Below, one piece after another: positions 36,140 to 44,531 of a DNA stretch of 48,202 bases. The notes below the pieces were generated by a model. That model made no database searches and was not told the origin of the DNA. It saw only the letters and a program-made list of their open reading frames with translations. Location: assembly GCA_044225505.1 (NCBI GenBank), contig JBGAIN010000044.1, positions 1 through 48,202 of the forward strand, given 5' to 3'. The first letter of the stretch is position 1. Every line of letters begins with the position of its first letter. The stretch comes from Limisphaerales bacterium (GTDB taxonomy: Bacteria > Verrucomicrobiota > Verrucomicrobiia > Limisphaerales > SIBE01). The position numbers and the translations under genes are program-made.

Positions 36140-37870
36140 TCAATTGCTCCCCAGAGTGTAATGCGATTCCGCGTGTCGGATGAGCGGCGCCCAGATCATT
36201 CGATTAAAACCGACCACAATGAATGCCATGACCCCCACAGCGGCCGCCAGCACATGGAATCGTCCCTGATCAGTGGCGTGGCTGATCAACGCTCCGAGCC
36301 CCACGGTGCTCAGCGTCTTTCCTTGGTATTTCATATACTCCGCCACGATACTGGCATTCCAAGCTCCTCCCATCGCTGTGATCCACCCGGTCAGCAACGA
36401 AGGAAAAAGCGCTGGCAAGATGAGCGTTCGCCAGCATTGCCACCGGGTCAGCCGATGGAGCCGGGTGACCTCCCAAAAATCACTGGGGATCGCGCTGGTT
36501 CCCGCCACGGCATTGAAGAGAATATACCACTGTGTGCCCAGTAGCAGGAGCAGAATGGAACCCATTCCCAGCCCGCCGCCGAGCGCCATCACGCCCGTGA
36601 TCACGAGCGGGAAGATCATCGGTGCCGGAAAGCTCGCTACGACCTGGATAATTGGTTGCAGGAGCCTGGCCCAACGCCGGTTCCGGCCGATGAACACCCC
36701 CGCTGGAATGGCCCATAGCGACGCAAGCACGACCGCGGCGAGAACCCGGCTAAGGGTAAGCGCGGCACTCACCGCGATCTCGCGCCAATCAGCGGCGGTC
36801 AGATCGTGCAGTAACCGTGTATACTTAATGACTCCGAAGCCGACTCCAATCCAAAGCAGTGCCACGCTGACTTGCCTCAGCCTTTTGCCTGAGGAACATC
36901 GAACGAGGAACCCTTCTGACCTCCGCTTCAAAGGCGCTGGAGGTGATCGACGCACGAGCGCGGCGCGGCTCCGCTGGAGGGTTGCGGCCACGGCCGCCCA
37001 GACCCGGGAACGCCGGACCAGTTGCCACCAGAGCGGAGTCGAGGCGGTGGACGCTTCGGCGTCAGGGCTGAAGCGCTGAGACCAGCTAACCAACGGCCGC
37101 CAAACGAGCTGATCCAGGATCAGGATGAGCACGATCATGCTTAAAACACCCAAACACTGCGCGGACACAGACCCTTTTTCGATGGCGAGGCTGACATAGG
37201 AACCTAGCCCCGGCAGCCGGAAGTCATGCTGGCCCAAGACAAACGCTTCCGTCACCGTGAGAAAGAACCAACCTCCGGCCATGGAGACCATGCTGTTCCA
37301 AACGAGCGAAGTTGCGGAGAACGCGAGTTCCAGGCGGAGGAACCGCTGCCACCACGTCAATTTCGCCAGGCGCGTCACAACTTCGAGATCGGTCGGGATC
37401 GCTTTGAGGGAGGCGTAAAATGCGAACGTCATATTCCAGACCTGCCCAGTGAAGATCATGAGCACGGAGGCGATTTCCAGACCGATGTTCTGGTGCGGAA
37501 AGAGGTGGACGAGGGCGAGAACGAAGCCGGGAAGGAACCCGAGCACGGGAATGCTCTGTAGAATATCTAAGACCGGCAGGAGGATACGATCCGCGCCACG
37601 GACCCGGGCGGCCACATAGCCGTAGGCCATGGTGAAGGCAAACGAGAGGCCGTACGCTAGGACTCCTCGAGTTAGACTGTAGAGCAGATAAAGCGGCAGG
37701 TATTGGGCTTCCAACCGAATATCGGGAGTGGGGTTCAAGGTCCCGGTCCATTCACGGGCGACCCTAATAATCCCATAAATAACCGCGCTGAGCGCCGCCA
37801 TGACCGTAAGATCGATCCATACGGCGCGCTGCGGTAGGTCTGAAAAATCCGGTTTGGCCAGCACGCTCAT
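36140..37870 (-). CDS. NitT/TauT-type ABC permease with duplicated TM module
   Basis: LDILQSIPVLGF, WNSMVSMAGGWFFL, LPGLGSY; second module QWYILFN, TG.ITA.GGAWNASIVAE. Confidence 0.9.
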   Translation of the reverse strand: MSVLAKPDFSDLPQRAVWIDLTVMAALSAVIYGIIRVAREWTGTLNPTPDIRLEAQYLPLYLLYSLTRGVLAYGLSFAFTMAYGYVAARVRGADRILLPVLDILQSIPVLGFLPGFVLALVHLFPHQNIGLEIASVLMIFTGQVWNMTFAFYASLKAIPTDLEVVTRLAKLTWWQRFLRLELAFSATSLVWNSMVSMAGGWFFLTVTEAFVLGQHDFRLPGLGSYVSLAIEKGSVSAQCLGVLSMIVLILILDQLVWRPLVSWSQRFSPDAEASTASTPLWWQLVRRSRVWAAVAATLQRSRAALVRRSPPAPLKRRSEGFLVRCSSGKRLRQVSVALLWIGVGFGVIKYTRLLHDLTAADWREIAVSAALTLSRVLAAVVLASLWAIPAGVFIGRNRRWARLLQPIIQVVASFPAPMIFPLVITGVMALGGGLGMGSILLLLLGTQWYILFNAVAGTSAIPSDFWEVTRLHRLTRWQCWRTLILPALFPSLLTGWITAMGGAWNASIVAEYMKYQGKTLSTVGLGALISHATDQGRFHVLAAAVGVMAFIVVGFNRMIWAPLIRHAESHYTLGSN

Positions 37871-37973
37871 CTTCTAAAGCTCCGCAATTGGCAGTTGCCT
37901 ACGCTAATTGGGCAACGCGCGCCAGGGAATTCCAGCGTTTGCTAACCCCCCTTTTCCCCGCTAATCTTTTTTT

Positions 37974-39161
37974 ATGCAGAACGAGTTCTCGGTGGTTAGT
38001 CATTGGCCTGGAAGCTTTGATGAGCTGGGTTTGCAGAAGTGGGCGGAAAAGGTTCGCGCCCAGTTAGAGGCACGCCGAGTCTCGTTGGGCCTGGTGTTTA
38101 TGGGGCCTCAGTTCTTTCCGTATGCGCCGCAAGTGCTCGAATTATTGCGAGTCCACGCGCAGATCCCGTTGCTGGTGGGCTGTTCGAGTGGAGCCCTGAT
38201 TGCGGGCAGTGAGGAAGTCGAGGATGACCCAGGCTTGGTGCTGGGCTTGTATGCATTCCCGGGCGCCGATCTGCATGCCTGCCGCATCTCACCGGCGCAG
38301 GTGGAGGAAAGCAATGGCCCGGGCTATTGGCATGCCGAAACGGGCGTCGGTCCCGATTCCGTGAACGGCTGGTTGGTGTTTGCCGACCCATTCAACATGG
38401 ATGCGGATGCCTGGCTCAAAGGCTGGAATGAAGCTTACCCCCGCCTCCCGATCCTGGGCGGTTTGGCCAGCGGCGATTCCAACGAGCAACGGACTCAAGT
38501 TTACCTCAACGGCGAGGTCAGTGATTCGGGCGGAGTCGCGATTGCCTTCCGCGGGGATGTGAAGATCGCCAGCGTCATCTCCCAAGGCTGCACACCGATT
38601 GGGGAGACCTGGACCATCACCAAGGCCGAACAAAACATTATTCACCAGATTGGCAATCGACCTGCCTACCAGGTCTTGCTCGAGACATTCAACCAGCTTT
38701 CGGCCGACGATCAGACCAAGACCCGCGGCAATCTGTTTATCGGGTTGGTTGTTAACGAGTATCTGGAGGAGTTCCACCGAGGTGACTTCCTGATCCGCAA
38801 CCTACTCGGCGCGGATCCGAAGTCTGGTTGCATCGCGGTGGGGGCATTGCCGCGCGCCGGACAGACGCTTCAGTTTCAGAGGCGGGACGCCCATGCCGCC
38901 ACGGAGGACATGACCGCGCTGTTGGATCGGACGCGAGAGCAGCTCGCCAGCAAGCCAATCTATGGGGGATGTTTATGCAGCTGCAACGGACGTGGGCATC
39001 GCCTGTTCGGCTACCGCAACCACGATGCTGCCATGGTCCAAGCGCGGTTCGGACCGCTCGGTCTCACGGGCTTTTTCTGCAACGGCGAGATCGGGCCAGT
39101 CGGCGAGAAGAATTTCCTTCATGGGTACACAGCCTCCCTGGCACTCTTCCTCAAACCATGA
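37974..39161 (+). CDS. FIST domain protein (NosP-like)
   Basis: GCSSG..I....EVE, ADPF, GGLASG, SQGC.PIG, SCNGRG, GFFCNGEIGP...FLHGYT. Confidence 0.9.
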   Translation: MQNEFSVVSHWPGSFDELGLQKWAEKVRAQLEARRVSLGLVFMGPQFFPYAPQVLELLRVHAQIPLLVGCSSGALIAGSEEVEDDPGLVLGLYAFPGADLHACRISPAQVEESNGPGYWHAETGVGPDSVNGWLVFADPFNMDADAWLKGWNEAYPRLPILGGLASGDSNEQRTQVYLNGEVSDSGGVAIAFRGDVKIASVISQGCTPIGETWTITKAEQNIIHQIGNRPAYQVLLETFNQLSADDQTKTRGNLFIGLVVNEYLEEFHRGDFLIRNLLGADPKSGCIAVGALPRAGQTLQFQRRDAHAATEDMTALLDRTREQLASKPIYGGCLCSCNGRGHRLFGYRNHDAAMVQARFGPLGLTGFFCNGEIGPVGEKNFLHGYTASLALFLKP

Positions 39162-39841
39162 GTCCGACTGACTTTATTCACTCCCCGAGTGCGCCGCTGG
39201 CCAGTCTGCCGGGAAATGTTCCATCTAGCTCCGCCCCTCCTGCCCCCCGACCAGAGCCCAGCTTGCTAATTCAGCCGGCCTCCTACTTCGAGGTCCTTGA
39301 CCTGAGTGCGCTCTTTCCCGCGCCGCAGCCGTTGGAAGTGGAACTCGGCAGCGGCGACGGCTCGTTTATCGTGCAGTACGCCAAGGCGCACCCGGACATG
39401 AATTTCCTCGGCGTCGAGCGCTTGCTTGGTCGGTTGCGTAAGATCGACCGGAAAGGACGCCGGCTTGGCCTGGTCAACCTGCGGGCCTTACGTGTGGAAG
39501 CGGGCTATTTCCTGGAATTCATGTTGCCCCCTCAGTCGGTCCGAGCGTTGCATATCTACTTTCCAGATCCGTGGCCGAAGCGGAAGCATCGTAAGAACCG
39601 GCTGATTAACGCACGCTTCACGGAATTGGCGTTACGCGTCTTGAACTCAGCGGGAATTGTCCATTTGCGCACCGACGACTCGGATTATTTCGGCCAGATG
39701 ACCGCCGTTTTTCGCGACAGCCCTGCCTTTCGCGAAGTGCAGCCCCCAGCCGAGTTGTCCGCAGTGGTGACGGACTTTGAGCGTGAGTTTCACGCTCGTG
39801 GAGTGCCAACGCTGAGCGCCTCATACCAACGGACGAGCTAA
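39158..39841 (+). CDS. trmB: tRNA (guanine-N7)-methyltransferase
   Basis: ELGSGDG, NFLGVE, FPDPWPKRKHRKNRL, RTD, TDFE. ATGA overlap with the FIST gene. Confidence 0.92.
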   Translation: MSPTDFIHSPSAPLASLPGNVPSSSAPPAPRPEPSLLIQPASYFEVLDLSALFPAPQPLEVELGSGDGSFIVQYAKAHPDMNFLGVERLLGRLRKIDRKGRRLGLVNLRALRVEAGYFLEFMLPPQSVRALHIYFPDPWPKRKHRKNRLINARFTELALRVLNSAGIVHLRTDDSDYFGQMTAVFRDSPAFREVQPPAELSAVVTDFEREFHARGVPTLSASYQRTS

Positions 39842-40137
39842 GCCTTGCCTTGAGTCAGTCCTGGAGGGACGCGGCGGAACTAGCCGGTCGCTCTCGCGTT
39901 GGGGGTAACTCGGATCCGAACTGCCGTCCGTCCTGGGCGGGCAGACAGCGAACAACGAGCGGCAGGAGACAATTTGTCACCGGAATCCCGTTGACCGCTA
40001 AAACACGCCTAACGCGTAGCGCGGCTCAGGCGAAATTGCCGCAAATGAGGAAGCGCACGTGCAGGATCAGGAGCATGAAAGCCCTCGAAGCGTGAGGTGA
40101 TTCCCACGATTGCGGCGCGAGAGACTATCCCGGAGCG

Positions 40138-40515
40138 CTAACTTTCGGAAGAGGGGCTCTCCCCTGCTCTGACGGTTAGTTCTACCAGCGTGATCCCAGG
40201 GTTCGCTCGGTTTAGGTCCCGGTCGCGACGCAGCCACGGATACCGGGCGAGCAAACCACGCGCCTCGAGCGCATCGGAAGAGAAACGTTCCCCGGGAACG
40301 ACCACGGTTGCTCGGCCTTCTTTGACCCGGAGTCGGAGAGACTTGCGAATACCTACACAGAGCGTGCCGCCTTCACCGCTCGAGCCGTATCCGTGAATGA
40401 CTTTGAGAACCCGAACTCCAGCTTGTCGGGCTGCTTCAAGATCTGCCAGCAAACGACGTCGGGCTTCCTCCAGAGAGGGAGAACCGCGTTCTAAGTTCAA
40501 CGTGCGCAGGCCCAT
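40138..40515 (-). CDS. Stand-alone Smr/MutS2 C-terminal domain protein
   Basis: LNLE.G.P.LEEA, VLKVIHGYGSSG.GG.L, N.GIT.V.L. Confidence 0.85.
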   Translation of the reverse strand: MGLRTLNLERGSPSLEEARRRLLADLEAARQAGVRVLKVIHGYGSSGEGGTLCVGIRKSLRLRVKEGRATVVVPGERFSSDALEARGLLARYPWLRRDRDLNRANPGITLVELTVRAGESPSSES

Positions 40516-40539
40516 CGTTCCGAAGGCACCTTTGCCAGT

Positions 40540-40974
40540 TCAAACGTCAATGACCGGGCCGCTTCCGCCAGGCGGCGGAGGGCGCGGATTTCGACCCCGC
40601 CGGATTTGAACCTTGGCTTCGCCCGTCCCGAGGATCAGGTTCGCCCCCATCGACACTATGCTGATGACCAGAGCTCCCCAGAAAGCTGCGCCGAAGCTGG
40701 CGACATGAAACGACTTGAGCAGTGAGCCAACGAAATAGAGAAGCAGCGCGTTGATTACGAGGATGAACAGCCCCAACGTCACCAGTAACAGGGGAAGTGC
40801 TAAAACAATCAGAATGGGTCTTAGGACAGCATTCAGCACTCCCAATAGCAGCGAAGCGAGAAATAAGCCGAGCGCCGTGTCGTAATCAATTCCAGGCACG
40901 ACATTGGACGCGATCAGAACGCCCAGCGTGGTGACCACCCATCGTTGCAGGAAAGCTTTGGTTTTAACGGACAT
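40540..40974 (-). CDS. 4-TMS 'phage holin family' (YvlD-like) membrane protein
   Basis: LG.LNA.LRP.L..L.LP....TLGLF.LVINA...F..AFWGAL..S. Confidence 0.85.
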   Translation of the reverse strand: MSVKTKAFLQRWVVTTLGVLIASNVVPGIDYDTALGLFLASLLLGVLNAVLRPILIVLALPLLLVTLGLFILVINALLLYFVGSLLKSFHVASFGAAFWGALVISIVSMGANLILGTGEAKVQIRRGRNPRPPPPGGSGPVIDV

Positions 40975-41032
40975 TCGTTCGGCTCCGGACGGCTCCTGGC
41001 GACTCAACCCCTGCTCCACCCCTCGCGCCGCC

Positions 41033-42010
41033 TCACCGAGGCCAGATCGCCAGCCATTCTGCGCTGGTCATGGCCTGCAATGCAACTCCGCTCAAGCAAG
41101 CTGGAATCAGGCAGAACCGTCCCGGCGTGAGCGTCACCGACCCGGAGGTGTGCCCGACGCGCAACTCGCCTCGGAGCATCCCTAGAATGCAGGGACCTGG
41201 CTCGCACAGTTCGGACCTGTGCCCAGCCTCCAACCGCCTCGCGTCCACTTGAAAAAGCGGATCATTGACCAACGGTCGGACGGCCCCGGAAGGCCCTTCG
41301 CGATACTCGCTGGCTATCAAACTCGGCTCGAAATCGGTGAAGTCAATCGATTCCAGCGAATCCGCCACGTGCAGTTGGCGCGGCTTGCCATCGGGTCCAA
41401 TCCGGTTCCAATCGAATACTCGGTAAGTGGTATCCGAGTTCTGCTGGATTTCGAAGATCGTGCAGCCCGCCCCGATCGCGTGGACTCGCCCGCTCGGAAC
41501 AAACATCGCATCCCCTGCGCGCACTGGAACTCGGTGGAAGCACTCTGCCACCGCCGCTGTGCGCAACTTCTCCTCAAACTCCTGGCGCGTCACACCGCGG
41601 CGTAACCCAACATACAGTTCTGCGCCCGGGTCCGCATCGGCCAGATACCACATCTCGGTCTTCGGATCTCCTCGCAATCGGTGCGCGACCGACTGTGGCG
41701 GGTGCACTTGCAACGAGAGTTTTTCCCGCGCGTCCAGGATCTTGATCAGAAGTGGAAACCGTCCGCCCACCGGGGCCACCGATCCAAGCAACTCCTGGCG
41801 GTGATCACGCAAGAGGGCCTCGAGTGTTTGGCCCGCGAGTGGGCCTTGATCGACGACGCTGACATCACCCGGTCGATCACTAATCTCCCAGGACTCCCCC
41901 ATCGGCAGCTGTGGGGGTAACGTCTTTTGATAAAGCCGCTCCAACGTCCGGCCTCCCCAAAGGCGTTCCTTGAAGATCGGGTGGAAGGTCAGCGGATAGA
42001 GCTTGGTCAC
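41033..42010 (-). CDS. manA: Type I mannose-6-phosphate isomerase
   Basis: WGG, GESWEIS, FPLLIKILDA...LSLQVHP, KTEMWY, G.VHAIG, EIQQNSDTTYR.FD, R.LH. Confidence 0.92.
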   Translation of the reverse strand: MTKLYPLTFHPIFKERLWGGRTLERLYQKTLPPQLPMGESWEISDRPGDVSVVDQGPLAGQTLEALLRDHRQELLGSVAPVGGRFPLLIKILDAREKLSLQVHPPQSVAHRLRGDPKTEMWYLADADPGAELYVGLRRGVTRQEFEEKLRTAAVAECFHRVPVRAGDAMFVPSGRVHAIGAGCTIFEIQQNSDTTYRVFDWNRIGPDGKPRQLHVADSLESIDFTDFEPSLIASEYREGPSGAVRPLVNDPLFQVDARRLEAGHRSELCEPGPCILGMLRGELRVGHTSGSVTLTPGRFCLIPACLSGVALQAMTSAEWLAIWPR

Positions 42011-43020
42011 GGCTCGCTCTCCAAGGTGGGTTGCGCTTGCGTTTGGGTTTTCAGTTCCTGCTTTTCCGCCACTCGACCGTAGGCGCGAAACTTGGCGTAA
42101 CGCGCTGCTAACCGCTCTGGAACCGGCATCGCGCGAACGGATTCCAGATGCTGCAAGAGGCTTTCTTTGAGGGCGGAGGCGGTCGCGGCGGGGTCATTGT
42201 GGGCGCCACCCAGGGGTTCCGGTATAATTTGATCCACGAGATTAAGGTCGAGGAGATCTTTGGCGGTGATTTTCAAGGCTACGGCTGCTTTGCTCGCCGC
42301 CGATCGATCTTTCCAAAGAATGGCCGCACAACCCTCCGGACTGATCACCGAGTAATAGGCGTTTTCCAGAATCAACACGCGGTCGGCCACGCCGATGCCC
42401 AAGGCCCCTCCCGATCCACCCTCGCCAATCACAATCGCAATGATGGGCACTTCCATGAGCATCATCTCGCGAAGGTTTACCGCGATCGCCTCGGCAATGT
42501 GACGTTCCTCAGCTCCGATCCCTGGGTAAGCACCGGCCGTGTCGATCAACGTCACGATCGGCAACCCGAATCGATCCGCGAGTTTCATTAGCCGCAATGC
42601 TTTTCGATAGCCTTCCGGGTGCGCCGATCCGAAGTTACGACGGATGTTTTCTTTGGTATCGCGGCCTTTTTGCGTGCCAATCACCATCACTTTCTGTCCG
42701 TCCAAATGGGCAAAACCACCCACCATCGCGTGGTCGTCTGAAAACAACCGGTCTCCGTGCAACTCAGAGAAATCGGTGAAAACCATCTGAATATAATCAA
42801 GCGTGAACGGGCGTTTCGGGTGGCGAGCCAGTTGAACGCGCTGCCAAGGCGTCAAATCGGAAAAGATGCGGCGCCGCTCCTCTTCGATCTTGGTCTCGAT
42901 TTGCTCAATTTCCACGCTTAGATTAATTCCCAACGAATGGGTTTCCCGGTGCCGACGCAAATCATCTAACTTGCGCTGCAACTCGAGAATCGGTTTTTCG
43001 AAGTCGAGGTAATGTTTCAT
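42007..43020 (-). CDS. accA: Acetyl-CoA carboxylase carboxyltransferase alpha
   Basis: LDFEKPI, ARHP.RP, ELHGDR, PEGYRKA.RLM, IDTAGAYPG, GEGGSGGAL, YSVISPEGCAAILW. Confidence 0.97.
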   Translation of the reverse strand: MKHYLDFEKPILELQRKLDDLRRHRETHSLGINLSVEIEQIETKIEEERRRIFSDLTPWQRVQLARHPKRPFTLDYIQMVFTDFSELHGDRLFSDDHAMVGGFAHLDGQKVMVIGTQKGRDTKENIRRNFGSAHPEGYRKALRLMKLADRFGLPIVTLIDTAGAYPGIGAEERHIAEAIAVNLREMMLMEVPIIAIVIGEGGSGGALGIGVADRVLILENAYYSVISPEGCAAILWKDRSAASKAAVALKITAKDLLDLNLVDQIIPEPLGGAHNDPAATASALKESLLQHLESVRAMPVPERLAARYAKFRAYGRVAEKQELKTQTQAQPTLESEP

Positions 43021-43184
43021 GGTTCAGGCAAACCTTCCGTCGCAGACAGTAGACCAGTCTAGGTTTGCGGAGAGCGATGCGCAATTGAGAATTCACGTTG
43101 TCAATCAGTGACTTACGCATCAAATCGGTCACTTGGCGACGTGGCGGGTCGTTGCCCCGGAGCTTTATCGCTCTCTCAGCGCGC

Positions 43185-43295
43185 AAAAAAAGAGCCAGCT
43201 TTCACTGGCTCCGGTGATGAGGCCTTTAACGCCCTCACCCAGGCGCTCAGAAGAGTAATAAGGCCAACTGTCTACCCGCTGTCCGAGCCTCATTA
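43185..43295 (-). ncRNA. Candidate small RNA ending in an Acido-Lenti-1-like double hairpin/terminator
   Basis: Minus strand: UAAUGAGGC...GCCUUAUUA stem, then GGUGAGGGC-GUUAAA-GGCCUCAUCACC, then GAGCCAG-UGAAAG-CUGGCUC + U7. Resemblance to Acido-Lenti-1 is from memory of the motif. Confidence 0.5.
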
Positions 43296-43481
43296 CAAGC
43301 AAGACCTCTGTGCCAACCCTTAGCGGACAGCGAAATGGCATTAACAGTAATTGGATTCCTGGATTGCCGGATTGTTCAATATGCGCCCACGCGAATGAGA
43401 GAAAAGTGGCGTTGAGCAGGAACGTGCGGTCGATCCGGCGTCGGACCAGCCTGCCGGACCGATCGTTGTTCACTCGTTTAA

Positions 43482-43568
43482 AACAGGGAATGTACACGTA
43501 GATAAAACGGATTTAACACGGAATGCATCCGAGTGATATCCGTGTTATATCCCTGTAATCTCCCTGTT
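43482..43568. repeat. Dyad-symmetric array of 11-bp units (array D)
   Basis: AACAGGGAATG/TACACGTAGAT/AAAACGGATTT/AACACGGAATG, then GCATCCGAGTG/ATATCCGTGTT/ATATCCCTGTA/ATCTCCCTGTT. Confidence 0.8.
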
Positions 43569-43674
43569 ATTATCGAGGAAAGCCCGAAACAACCGTTGCC
43601 GAATTCGGCATCGAATTGGATTGGACTCTCGCGCCCGTCGCTCCGGCCCTCGCCGACCACCGCCTTCTCGAAAC

Positions 43675-44376
43675 TTACTTGTTCACTCGAAAATTTGTGA
43701 TGTCGCAGTCGTTCATCACATATTCCTTCTGTTCCAAGCGCATCTTCCCCGCTCGCTTCGCCCCTGTCTCCCCCCCTGCGGCGACCAAGTCGTCAAAACC
43801 GATGATCTCCGCTCGGATAAAACCCTTCTGGAGATCGGAGTGAATAGCGCTGGCCGCTTCCCAGGCAGTGCACCCCCGGCGAATGAGCCAGGCGCGGTTT
43901 TCTTTGCCGCCCACCGTTAAGAAACAGATATGGCCACTTTGGTGGAGCAAGCGGAGCAGGAGCGCGTCCGGTTGTTCAAGGTCCGATGGAGCCGCGGCGA
44001 GCGTCGGCCGCAGGGTGAGAAGATTGTAGACGGCGGCCGTCTTCAGCTCTTCAGCGTCCAGCCCGGCCTGCCATGCAAACTCCTCCCGTTCCAATGTCGC
44101 TTTGAGCTTTTGGAGGACCGCGGCTTCCGCAGCCGCTGGGCTCCGACTCAACCGGGTTTCGACGAACTCCCAATCTTTCAGGATCAGGTCGGGCCGAATC
44201 TCAGCGGATACGAGGATGGCGTCGGCATCGGCGGCGTCTTGGTCGGGGACCAAATCGACTTGCACGTAGGTTTTCTTGTCGGCTGCGACAAGCTTATGAA
44301 CCTGATCGAGGCGCGGATCTTTGATGTTATACTTCCCGGGAGAGAGTCCAGCGATCCCGCAAAGGCTGATCTTCAT
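43675..44376 (-). CDS. Short YchF-like protein (DUF933/TGS C-terminus) lacking NTPase motifs
   Basis: DPRLD, LIL.D...VETRL, FLTVGGKENRAW....G.TA.EAA.AIHSDLQKGFIRAE, G.MRLE.KEY.M.D.D...FR. No GxxxxGKS or DIAG. Start ATG 44376. Confidence 0.85.
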   Translation of the reverse strand: MKISLCGIAGLSPGKYNIKDPRLDQVHKLVAADKKTYVQVDLVPDQDAADADAILVSAEIRPDLILKDWEFVETRLSRSPAAAEAAVLQKLKATLEREEFAWQAGLDAEELKTAAVYNLLTLRPTLAAAPSDLEQPDALLLRLLHQSGHICFLTVGGKENRAWLIRRGCTAWEAASAIHSDLQKGFIRAEIIGFDDLVAAGGETGAKRAGKMRLEQKEYVMNDCDITNFRVNK

Positions 44377-44448
44377 GTGGATAAGATTTTCTAGGAGAGT
44401 GATACACCGGCAGGGGGTGGGGGTGATAGTAAAATTCTCTCCAGCAGC

Positions 44449-44464
44449 TGGTTCGGTATTTGCT
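44449..44464 (+). promoter_or_regulatory. sigma54-like promoter upstream of the large repeat protein
   Basis: TGGTTCGGTATTTGCT, exact GG-N10-GC with TTGCT -12 box. Confidence 0.45.
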
Positions 44465-44531
44465 GTTGACGGGTCGCGAAGCGCGATCCAACATTTGTCC
44501 CTAGAAGCGGAAACCTTTGAATCTGATTGGC

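Noticed and set aside
40540..40974. 'Phage holin' as evidence of a prophage
   Set aside because: The family is common in core bacterial genomes; no endolysin, integrase or structural genes nearby.
43165..43501. 110-aa and 63-aa ORFs between accA and the YchF-like gene
   Set aside because: They cross the terminator, RNA stems and array D, and have no protein features.
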